NCBI GenBank assembly: GCA_964016885.1
Contig: OZ024742.1
Coordinates: 206,336,001-206,400,000 of the forward strand
Direction: 5' to 3'
DNA: 64,000 nucleotides
DNA from: Eledone cirrhosa
Taxonomy: Eukaryota
In this document: piece by piece, positions 38,645 to 50,024 of the stretch
Numbering within the stretch: position 1 is the stretch's first letter
Layout: each line of letters starts with the position of its first letter
Translations under genes and position numbers: made by a program
Notes under the pieces: model-generated
Databases searched by the model: none
The model's input: only the letters and a program-made list of their open reading frames with translations
Told to the model about the DNA's origin: nothing

Positions 38645-39095
38645 GGGGCGAAATTTAATGAACTTGTTCACGTGACAGTCATAATTTCATTTATAACCAA
38701 TCAAATTACATTTCAGCACATCAGTCATACTCAGAACAACTCTCTCCGTCCCTTTTTTCTTGACCATTATCTTTTGTTTGGCACAAAATTCTCTAAATGG
38801 CTATAAAAAAAATTCCAAAATATGGGCGCGAAATTTAATGTACTTGTTCACGTGACAGTCATAATTTCATTTATAACCAATCAAATTACATTTAAAAAAA
38901 AAGCCTTCGTGAGCCACTTTTTTTTAAGTAAAAAGAAATCCAAACAAAACTGGCGCGAAAGCTGATGTGCTTATTCACGTGACAGTATCAACCAACCAAA
39001 CTTCACTCATATATGAAAAAACAACCTGAGCCCCCCCCCTTTGTTTGAAGTAGTTTGTAACGCGAACTGGCGCAAAATTTATTCAACCAACCAAT
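38645..39095 (+). promoter_or_regulatory. Repeated E2F-like + E-box + CCAAT module upstream of a hammerhead (putative pLTR promoter)
   Basis: GGCGCGAAA-like at 38645, 38825, 38952, 39069; TCACGTGAC at 38668, 38848, 38975; CCAAT at 38697, 38877, 39091. The first two modules are exactly 180 bp apart. Confidence 0.5.
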
Positions 39096-39208
39096 CAAAT
39101 TACTCTAAAAACCTGGCATTTCGAGCCACTTTTTTTCCATATAAAACAAATAACATTCAGAGACCAACCAGATGTGAGAAAAACCACAGACCCTCCATCT
39201 CAACTCTA

Positions 39209-39244
39209 CTTTTGAAAAGCAGAAGAACTGCGAAACCGGTAAAG
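39209..39244 (+). ncRNA. Minimal type I hammerhead ribozyme, U3-A8 core variant
   Basis: CTT-TTGAAAA-GCAG-AAGAA-CTGC-GAAA-CCGG-TA-AAG. Confidence 0.72.
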
Positions 39245-39412
39245 GAACCAAATAAATATATATATTTAAAAAATAAAAGACTCCAGTTGCATTTTCGAAT
39301 TCATCTTTTTTCCTTATACTTTCACTCGTGTAGGACACCTCGGTTATTTTTCATTTCGTAAAAAAACCTCACTTTCTAATATATATATGTATATATATAT
39401 ATATATGAACAC

Positions 39413-40618
39413 GTTCAGGAACCCGACGGCAGAGCTCAAGCCGTTTCAACGGCTATTTATGTACTAAATTAGATTTTTAGCGTGGTAATAAATAGCTGAA
39501 CCCTTCATGGGGTAATTCCATATATGGGCATGCAATAATCATGCATTTCTGAAGGTTACAAAAGGATTGGTCAAATTTCTTGTAAACACAGTTAAATCTT
39601 TCATGGCCCTGTGTAGGGAAGGGTGTGGCTGAACTTGCCTGTAGAACAATGAGGGAGTGGGTGAGCCGGTCAAGCCGTTGAAAGTAAGTTCAATACAGCA
39701 ATTTCTAAGGAGTGTGGATGAATTAGGCTAACTAGAAAGCAGGCGAAAAAAGAATTCTACAGGAATCTGAAAATGGGAAATTATAAAATTTAAAAATTTA
39801 AAAAATAAAAAAAAAACACAAAAAAAAACTAGAGTCTAAAACAGCTGCTATATTTTTAGCTGGTATTGCGTTTTCGGTCAATGCTTTATAGAATTTACGG
39901 GGATGGGAGTACTGAGGCCTCAGGGTAAGCAAAAGAGGAAAAAGGAAAAGGAAGATGAGAGGGAGTGGAAGGAAATGAGAAGAAGCGATAAAGGGAAAAA
40001 AGAAAATAATTACATCTACCTATGTATGCTGGGGTTTCCCCTATCTTGTTCGGCAAGTGTGGAAAAGAAGGATGTTACAGCCATCCAGGTCATGAGGGGT
40101 CATGAGGGGCGGGGGGTAATTTCTTAATTTTTAAATTTTAACTTTTAAATTTTTTTATTTTATAATTTGCCATTTTAGATTCCTGTAGAATTCTTTTTTT
40201 GCCTACTCTCTAGCTAGCCTAATTCATCCACACTCCTTAGAATTTGCTGTATAGAACTTTCAATGCTTGACCAGCTTCACCCACTCCCTCATTGTTCTAC
40301 AGGCAAGTTCAGCCACCCCCACCCCCTACCCAGGGTCATGAAAGATTTAACTGTGTTTACAAGAAATTTTGACCAATACTTTTGACAACTACAACCTTCA
40401 GAAATGCATGATTATTGCATGCCCATATATGGACTTACTCCTTGAAAAGTTTGACTATTTATTACCACGCTAAATATCTAATTTAGTCCAGAAATAGCTG
40501 TCGAAATGGCTTGAGCTCGGGGTCCTGAACAATTTCCTATTACCCACTCTACTACCCAAAGTATTAAGTACACTAGTGCTTTATGGTCCACCTGGTTCCT
40601 TACCACACTTCCTTCGGT
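39413..40618 (+). mobile_element. Fold-back pLTR-like element: about 400-bp inverted arms, about 300-bp spacer, about 85-nt tail
   Basis: 39413 to about 39810 is the reverse complement of about 40125-40530; the tail is shared with 33025-33110; (TA)n on both sides. Confidence 0.87.
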
Positions 40619-40639
40619 ATATATATATATATATATATA

Positions 40640-40985
40640 TAGTAAAGTGGTAAAGTCCCCCCTTCAGTCATGAATGACCAAGGGATTTACACTTGGAAAG
40701 TTCCCCTCCATGGCACAAGTCTAGACAAGGTTGTTTGTGGAAGACCAGCAGTCACCCATGCATACCAATCACCCCTCTCCATGTCACTGATGTCCAAGAG
40801 AAAGGCAATGGTTGATACAGCCTGGTACCAGAGATGTCACAACACATTTCTGCAGCTGACTAAACTGGAGCAATGGGAAATAAAGTGCCTTGTTCAAGGA
40901 CACAATGCATCATTCAATCTGGGAATCAAACTTACTACCTCACAGTTGCAAGCCTAACACTCTAACCACAAAGCTGTGCAGCTTC
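40640..40985 (-). mobile_element. Older CORE-SINE subfamily copy
   Basis: Plus strand AACTGGAGCAATGGGAAATAAAGTGCCTTGTTCAAGGACACAA is the antisense CORE; tRNA-like head at about 40915-40985. Confidence 0.7.
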
Positions 40986-41956
40986 ACACACACATATATC
41001 ATGATAAACATATACATACAGAGATATTGTTGATAGTTGTTGTTAATGGATTATTGAATGACATGTGACATATTAATGCAGAGAGAGTGAGAGCAGGGGC
41101 TGAGAGTGACAACAGGAGAGGAAACAAAAGTAAGGAACAGTAAGCAATTTATAAATCAATACAAGGGTCTTTTTTTTTTTGTTTCAATGTAATCTATTCT
41201 TCTCTGACAACTAATCCCTCTGCAAATCCTTTTTCTTTTACTATAAAAACATCCCTAAACCTGTTGCTTACTTACTATTGTGTAGGTATTATTATTATTA
41301 TTGCTTATGTTGTTGTTGTTTTTGCTATCATTATTATTGTTATTTATTTTTTTTAAACATTAGAGTAGCTGAAGGCTGATCTGGAATAATTGACTCTTTT
41401 TATCTGTTGAAGTGTGAGGTATGAACATGGTAGAACTTTGATGTTGCTGCTAGTGGATGTAGTGGTAATCGTCGTATCTGTAGTGGATGTTCTTCTGGTA
41501 GTAGTAGTATTAGTAGAAGCTGTTAGAGTTTTATGTACTGATTGCATCCGATAATGGCTGAGCTTATAACCTCAATGTATTTTTCCTACCCTTTTCTTAC
41601 TTCACACTTCCTCCATCACCTCTGTTATTTACAAATAAGTTGTTATTATTATTTAGTCCCTGGTTGGCTCTGGCTGAGTAGGCATTCCAGTCATGACCCC
41701 ATGACATTTTCTGACATAGTGTATCCAAGGACTACATTAACAAAAGTGTCTTTCCAATATTTTTAAGCGCAGTAGGGCGGGATTTGGTTGCAATTTCTAG
41801 TTGATCGATTGACCCCCCCCCCCTCAGTGCAACTTTATGCTTTCGTAGAAGCCTCTGTTAGTGTGTGTGGGGTGTGTGCGTGTGTGTCTGATAGATAGAG
41901 AGAGATATATATATATATATCAATTTTTGTTGTCTTCCTTGTTCCGAGTATTTGGT

Positions 41957-42338
41957 ATCATCATCATTTTACATCTGCTTTTCCCTGCTTGCAAGGGTGG
42001 GACAAGTTGTCCTATTGTGGGTAGTGTCTGGTTGGCTGACCTTGTCTTGCTCATACGGGAACTGATTCTGACTTGATTTCTACAGCTGGATGCCCTTCCT
42101 AACACCAACCTCATTTACAGTGAGTGCTGGGTGTTTTTTTGCCGGGACACTTCCACGACCACTTTGCAGTGGAATGATAGGGACCCCAGTCCTATCATCT
42201 TATTTCTACAGCTGAGTAAACTGGAGCAATGTGAAATAAAGTGTCTTGCTCAAGGAAACAACACATCACCTGGTCCGAGAATTGAACTCATAATCTTTCG
42301 ATTGCAAGCCCAATGCTCTAACCACTAAGCCATGCGCA
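41957..42338 (-). mobile_element. Full-length CORE-SINE
   Basis: Reverse complement of 31975-32300 with a longer RTE-like tail. Confidence 0.88.
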
Positions 42339-42525
42339 TAATAATTGTTTCTACTTTTGGCACAAGGCCAGAAATTACCCAGTGCATTACTGGTACTTTA
42401 TTTTATCGATCCTGTAAGGATGAAAGGCAAAGTTAACCTCGGCGCGATTTGAACTCAGAATGGCAAGGGCCGTAACTCTATGCATCAAAACATGGTGTCC
42501 AAACCTTCTACCGATACTGCCAATA
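42339..42525 (-). mobile_element. SINE family 2, head-to-tail with the CORE-SINE
   Basis: Reverse complement matches 30635-30815. Confidence 0.85.
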
Positions 42526-45109
42526 CTGAGAAGACATTACTGGCATGGTCATGTGTTGCAAAAAAAAAAGCTGAGTGCTGAAGGGAAAATATATTTTATT
42601 CATCTGAAGAGAATAGAAAAATGCAGGTAAGGGATGAAGTTTGATCTGAGCATGCAGGGCCTTACAGTAGAGATTATAAGCCTCGTTTTAGTCTTGAATT
42701 TCTATAATTCCATTCACCTCTAGGACGCATATAAGAATAACAGGTGTTTGACTGGTATTTTATTTTATTATCATCAAAAGGATAAAAGGACCAGTTTTAA
42801 CCTTAGCAAGATTTGAACTCAGAATGTAAAGTGCTATAACTAAATACCATAGGCATTTTTTTCAAACCCACTACTAAGTCTACCATTCCCACCATGATGA
42901 TTGGCAAATGAAGAACATTTCATTAGCTTGCAATATTAATATGAAATCCTCATATGAAAATAGAGAATGTATATCAGTAAACTACTTTAATTCATCTTTC
43001 TAATAAGTCAATAGAGCTGATCAATCATTTTGTCATTTATATCCCCAAATTATAAAATGTCAATTTAGTCTATATCTGTACAAGATAAATAATACATCTA
43101 GAAAATCACAAACTAATATACTTCATCACCATCATCATAATTTTAATGTCTGCTTTCCTAGCTGAAAAGGGTTGGACAGGTTTACCTACACCAATTTATT
43201 ACTGAAGTAGGGCTAGGCCAAATGGTCTCACATTCTATCAAGTGCAAAGGAAAAGCTGTCATGTCTTTGACACAGTTGAACCCTTTGTTTGGCAAGCTTT
43301 CTATGGCTGGATGCCCTTCCTATCACCAACCACTTTACAGCTTCTACTGGGAGTATTTATCATATAGATCACCAGCTCTAGGGAGGTTGTCATGTCCCTG
43401 ACACCACTGAAGGGTCCTCCTAACCCTTTGTTCAACAAGATTTCTACAGCTGGATACCTTTCCTATCAGCAACCACATTACAGTGTGTACTGGGTACATT
43501 TTATTGTGTAGATTGACAACACTAAGAAGTTGTTTATCTCAATCTATAGATATGAAATTAATGAATATAAACTGTGTGTCAGTTTTGATTTCTGTTTGAA
43601 AATCATTTGAATTAGATCATTCAAACCTTCTGAAAAGTTATGAGTATCAACATTTCATAAGTTACAAGTTTTATAAAATTTTACAAATCTTAGATGGGGC
43701 TGGACTTAACAGTCTAGAGTTCTAAGCAAATTTAAGACAAATATCTTCATGGGTAGTCCATCAAAGATTAATTTATCTTTGAGGTTCTGGTACTTCTTTC
43801 CCACAGCTTTGTGAAATAAGTCACTGCCTAGTAATGTGTGCTATATAGTAGAGTGTACTGCCTGCCTATAAATACAATAAAATGTTTGCAATAGATTTGA
43901 AGTCAAGAACTGCAAGCTGATTATTCTAACAACACCCTATCTGATGTCTTCATATGTATTTCAGCTCACATTAAATTCGAATCCAGATTGGGCTTATATA
44001 AATGAATAAATGTCTAACAAGGTATTTTGTAATTTTATCCAACTTATCCTGGTTGAAGAGAAAACAGCATCAGCTTTGTGATGGGATAGCAATAAAAATG
44101 TGTCTCTCTTGAGAGCAAGTGATGGATAGCAGCAGAGATGGGCAATGATGAAAGTGCTAGATGTCAAAAATAGAGTCATGCAAGGGAGAGAGATGATAAT
44201 TAGCAGTAGAGGGTGATGGTAGGGAGTACTGAATATGGTCATATCTGATGCTATCCCTCTATACACAAGCATAAAAGGGTAAAGTGATATATATATATAT
44301 ATATATACACACATACATATATTTTCATTGTGGTCTATTGTATTGTAGATAGAACTCAATATAATCTTATAGCGAGTAATCCAGTGAAATCCATAAAAAG
44401 GTTCCATGTTCCGCTGAGTTAATAATTCCTTAGATACAGAGTCTGATATTAGATATTAATTTAACAATGAAAATATTAGCAACAAAGACAAGTTATTTTA
44501 CCTATTTATATCATTGTTTTACAATCGTTTCGGGGGATTGATCATATTGACATATTGACTGATATATAGCAGTTATATAACTGTATACTATCAGACTTCA
44601 TATATAGTATATGATCTATTTTTAGAAGTGTTGACCAGATATGTATTTATTGAAAATTAACTTAGAATCTTCAACAGAAGGACAAAAGGGAAAATGGCTT
44701 AGTGCGGGATTTGAAGTTGGATCATATACAAATACCAGAAGACATTTTGTCTAATACTCTTCAGAGCAGAAATAGAATACAGATTAATATTGTATGTAAA
44801 TACAATATATAATGAGTATAAGTTATATTAAAAATAATGAGCAATATATAATCTTAAATCCTGCACTAGCAACTTTACATACTGAGCTTAATTTTTTGGA
44901 TTGATATCATACAGGACAAATCCCTTTTACTATTCATGCATTTCTTTAAAAGACTAATCTCAAACTCTTCTATGTCATCGTTAAGTACAACAATCTAATT
45001 TTCCTTACTTGTTTGACCTGAATGCGTTGCTCTACAAACAGGCAAAGGTGTGTGAGAGTTTGGGACAGGGTACTTCCTACCTAAACACATTGCTAAACAA
45101 ATATATTAA

Positions 45110-46447
45110 ATTAGTCGCTTAGTTTTATTTAGTTAGTTCAAGTCTAATTCCAACTAATTATAAGCCATATCTAGGGTGGGTAAAATTCCCGAGATCCCTT
45201 AATGGTCTTTAGCGGTCTCTGTCTTTCATCATCCTGCATCTCCTGGAGGCCAGTGTCTGTCCTTAACACATCAACATATGTCATCGTTGGTCTCCCTCTT
45301 CCAGTGTGTCCATGTAGGGCCTCCCACAAAACCACTCAGTACAGTGTTATCTCTGAATGTCGGTGAAGATGTCCAGCTAACTGCAGTCTCCTCTGTATCC
45401 CTTCCCAGCTGACTTTTGGAAGGTACCCATACAGCTATGAGTTCTTCATTCTCAGTGCATACTGGTTAGTGTTTAGAGCCACCCTCAGCATCATCATGTA
45501 ACACCCATCCACCATCTAAGTGAGTCTCTTGGTCAGTATCCAAGTCGCAGAACCGTACAGCAGCACAGACTCCACTGTAGCAATGAAGAGATGGGATGGT
45601 CTGACTTCTTCACTGACCTCAAACTGTGACACGTTGCCCAGGCTTTGCTCTTCCTCCTCACTACATCCTCCTCTGTGTTCCCAATCTTTGTTCCCAGACT
45701 CAGGAAGTCCTCAACCAAACCTAGTGGCTTCTCACCCACATTCATAATTTTCTCTGGCTCCTTGATGTTCTCTCTCAGCTACTTCATCTCACTCTCATTC
45801 ATTCTCAGTCCCACACTCATCGACACAGTCTCCACCTCTTGCATCAACTCCTCTGCCTCCTTCACTGTGTTTATCACTAGAATTATGTCATCAGCAAATT
45901 CAGCATCTGATATTTTTTAGCCTTAACTCTCCTGCTCTGAGCCAGTGTTACAGTGAATCCTGAGTCCTAGTGTTTCTCCAGTGCAAGGTACATAGAATAG
46001 TCCACTGTAATGATGAAAAGGTAGGGAGCCAATGTATCACCCTGGAGAACTCCAGCCAGTATCTCAAAGAACTCTGTCATCCCATGTGATGATTTAGGCT
46101 TAGATGTTGGTATAGAGCAGGGATACAAGGTCTACTACCTTCTTGGGGATTCCATAAACCCGTAAGATCTTCATCAAGCAGTCTCGGTTCACAGAATCAA
46201 AGACCTTCTTGAAGTCAATGAAAACCATGACAGCAGGAAGGCTGTTTGCTCTAACACCCTCTAAAGTTCTCCTTAGCATCAGGATGTGAGTGGTGGTTGA
46301 TCTTCCCTCTCTGAAGCCGTTCTGATTGTCCCTGAGCTTTTTCTCCATCTCGGGCTGATCCAGTTAAGAATTATCCAGTTGAGTGTCTTTGCCACAAGTG
46401 ATGTCAGTGAGATCCCTCTGTAGTTGTTGGTGTCAGAGAGATCTCCC
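45110..46447 (-). mobile_element. Decayed LINE RT of a second lineage (RTE/BovB-like), 5'-truncated
   Basis: NNYRGISLTSLVAK ... NQNGFREGRSTTTHIL ... FIDFKKVFDSV ... GVLQGDTLAPYLF ... EFADDI ... GRGRPTMTYVDVL, with stops and frameshifts; (CTAA)n-like tail near 45110-45140. Confidence 0.88.
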
Positions 46448-47039
46448 TATACATAAATATGTGCATGTGTGTTGGAGAGAGCGAGATAGAGAGAAAGAGA
46501 AGGAGTGAAAGAGAGAAAGTGTGTGTGTGTGAGTGTATATGTTTATGTGTGAATGTCTGTCTTTGTGTGTTTTCATATCAACATTGTTTTAAAGCAAGTG
46601 TTAATGTTTGTTTTATGACCAGCATAAACAGTGTTTCCTGCAGCTAAATGCTTCAATGAAGATGCTGGGGCTGGCTATATACCATACTCAAAAATAAAAT
46701 ATCTGTTGGTATCAGGTAGGACATCCTGCAGTAGAAAAAAACAACTAAAATAAGTTTCTGATCTATGCTAGATGGAAAAGTGTATGACAAAACAAGTGTG
46801 ATGATGACAATAAATTAATCTGTTAGGCAATCTTTTAACATTTGATTTAAAAGCAAAGCAGCAGTTTTGTTGTTGTTATGGTATTTACTTTGATATAATC
46901 CTTTAATTTCAAAACAACTGTTTAAAACTTAACGCATTCACATACAAACACATATGCAGACATACTTACACATGCACATGTATATCTATGTCTTTCCCTG
47001 TCTCTTTCTTTCTGTATATTCCTCTCTCTATCTCCATAT

Positions 47040-47248
47040 ATCATCACCATCATCATCATCACCACCGTTTTACGTCCATTCTTCCATGCTAGCATGGGTT
47101 AGACGGGTTGTCCTGTTGTGGGCAATGCCAGGTGATGTGTCTTGCTCATACAGAACTGATTCTGGCTTGATTTCTACAGCTGGATGCCCTTCCTAATACC
47201 AACCTCATTTACAGTGAGTACTGGGTGCTTTTTTACTGTGGCGCCTAC
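47040..47248 (-). mobile_element. RTE-C/SINE 3' end fragment
   Basis: Reverse complement matches 36655-36850. Confidence 0.82.
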
Positions 47249-47367
<119 letters not shown>

Positions 47368-47503
47368 CGTGTGTGTGTGTCTGATGGTAGCTAATATGCT
47401 TCCATAGGCGGTATGCCAGTTGAGCACTCTATGTTCTTACAGAGCAGAGTATGATATAATAGAAAACGAAAAATCAGTGATGCATCTGAACTCAATTTAT
47501 TGT

Positions 47504-47541
47504 GTGTTACAATTGTTTCGCCGGCGAACAGCTCGAGACAC
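47504..47541 (-). ncRNA. Hammerhead relic lacking 2 nt of the core
   Basis: GTGT-CTCGA-GCTG-TTCGC-CGGC-GAAA-CAATTG-TA-ACAC; second copy at 49194-49231 (+). Confidence 0.65.
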
Positions 47542-47945
47542 GATCATTGTGTGGATCTGTCTGATTCTGGATCCGCAGGTTCGACGGACACGTCTAATGA
47601 TTTCGGAGCAAATTCTTTCACTGGGGTGTTAGCGTCAAAAACTTCATCCTCTTAGCGCGTCCTGTTATTGGCCGCTGGGTGTCTACGTCGTCATAATTCT
47701 GACCAACAGGTATCGCTCTGCTGACCATCAGCTGTCCCGTGTCTGCCACACTTCGATGAATTACTGGTGGGTTTGGTAGTTCACACGTCCACGCGCGCGC
47801 GCGCGCACACACACACACACACGCACAATCACATAGATAACAACATCCGTACGCATAGACGCCCGCTATACACACATTTAAGGAGAACATATAAACCTAT
47901 AAACATACGCATACACAGACGCCTGCCTACATGCCTATATACATC

Positions 47946-48003
<58 letters not shown>

Positions 48004-48462
48004 TGCATACGCGTATATATACCCGTATACACAAACACGTACAGACATATACATAGACTCCCCCCCTTTTTTTTTCTTTTACCCCCATGCACACACAAAT
48101 ACACATACGTGTCCATATACACAGGCACAGTTACACACTCGCTCGCAAACACACACACACACACACATGTATATATATATATACACACAAACAAGCCCTT
48201 TCCCCACATTGGGTGCTTGTACACACACACACACACACTGGCTCATATACACTCTTACAAATATGCGCATACTCACATACAGGCCCACGCACGCATACAA
48301 AGATACATACATATATATATACACAAATAGGATATACACACAAAGTCTTATAACGATACACAATGGGTCATACATGAAAGGATGTATCTTGTTATAAACA
48401 TGCACATATATAAACAATATAACCATATACACATATATATACACATACACACATATATATAT

Positions 48463-48570
48463 ATATCAATAAAAGGAATTCCAACTTTGTCTGATTTACT
48501 CGTTTTATTTACACTCCTATGTAAATAAAATGAGTAAATCAGACAAAGTTGGAATTCCTTTTATTAATAT
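48463..48570. repeat. About 50-bp-arm near-perfect palindrome
   Basis: AATAAAAGGAATTCCAACTTTGTCTGATTTACTC...GAGTAAATCAGACAAAGTTGGAATTCCTTTTATT. Confidence 0.9.
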
Positions 48571-49267
48571 AATCTTCTATACACAATCATACACACCCGT
48601 GTATATTTATCTATATCTATATATCTATATATCTATATATCTATATACATATATATATACACATACATATATACACATATATAAAAAAAAATAAAATATA
48701 TTAAAAATATACATATAACGTCACATAGAGATACACAGTGATCAATACCTGAAAGGGTACGTCCAGTTGTATGTGTCTACAGAGATGTTGTTACGTTGCG
48801 AACCTCATATGGAATCCTTGCGCAAAGCCACATAATGGGCGTTCATGGTATTACAGTAAATAGTAAATAGTATGCGCAAGCCGTACATAGAAAATGCGTG
48901 TAGAAAATATATATAAAAAACGAAAACATATATATAAAGAAGAAGGAACGTGTATGCGTATGAGATAGTACACAAGAGAAGTATGAGATACACACGTGGG
49001 TCTGTATACGGAAAATACAATATGTGTTACAAAATGGAATACGTGGAGAGTATGGACTCTCTCTCTCTCAGGACGCGCGAAGAGGATGAAGTTTTTGACG
49101 CTAACACCCCACCCTAAAAGAATTTTCTCCGAAATCATTAGACGTGTCCGTTGAACCTGCGGATCCAGAATCAGACAGATCCACACAATGATCGTGTCTC
49201 GAGCTGTCCGCCGGCCAAACAATTGTAACACACAATAAATTGAGTTCAGATGCATCACTGATTTTTC

Positions 49268-49335
<68 letters not shown>

Positions 49336-49367
49336 AAAGAATAGAGGTGTAACACACAAGTTATTAT

Positions 49368-49563
49368 ATATTGGTAAACGGAATAGAAAATGCTGACAAA
49401 TTGTTCACAGTTGAAAAAGTATTCAGTTGTGGTTTTAAGTTTTTAAACTTAAAACTTAAAACCACAACTGAATACTAACCCATACAATCACTAATACTCT
49501 TTTATTCCTAATTAAACCATTTTTCAACTGTGAACAATTTGTCGGCATTTTCTATTCCGTTTA

Positions 49564-49570
<7 letters not shown>
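49368..49570. repeat. Nested inverted repeats
   Basis: Outer arms 49368-49417 / 49520-49570; inner arms 49418-49443 / 49451-49476. Confidence 0.9.
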
Positions 49571-49647
<77 letters not shown>

Positions 49648-49651
49648 GAGT

Positions 49652-49690
<39 letters not shown>

Positions 49691-50024
49691 AGAGAGAGAG
49701 AATAAAGAAAATGCAAAATCACAGCGAACTTCGCATTTTCCTTATTCTACATATACTCCGTCACCAACTGACAAATCTTAATTTGAAGAAAAAACATGAC
49801 GTTGAGTACTTGATTTGAATTGCATCTTTACTCACTGATTAGTGCGTTGCATATGCAACCCCATTTAATCACCATGTGTACCGTAAGTATATATATATAA
49901 AGATGAATGAGTTTCTAGGTTTCACTCAATCCTCGTGACACTTTTACTATATCTCTGGGTTGAACAATGCCTTGTGAATGAATTTGTGATAGTAAAACTG
50001 CAGAAGCACATCATCTATCTATCT

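Larger units (their letters stand above)
47380..49272 (-). mobile_element. PLE-like remnant: about 200-bp inverted arms enclosing CA/TA-rich DNA, plus tail
   Basis: 47463-47664 is the reverse complement of 49069-49272; tail 47380-47462 recurs inverted at 60012-60100; hammerhead relic in each arm. Confidence 0.75.

Noticed and set aside
41353-41547. Thr-rich mucin-like ORF
   Set aside because: Short degenerate (GTA/GGT)n low-complexity tract with no splice support.
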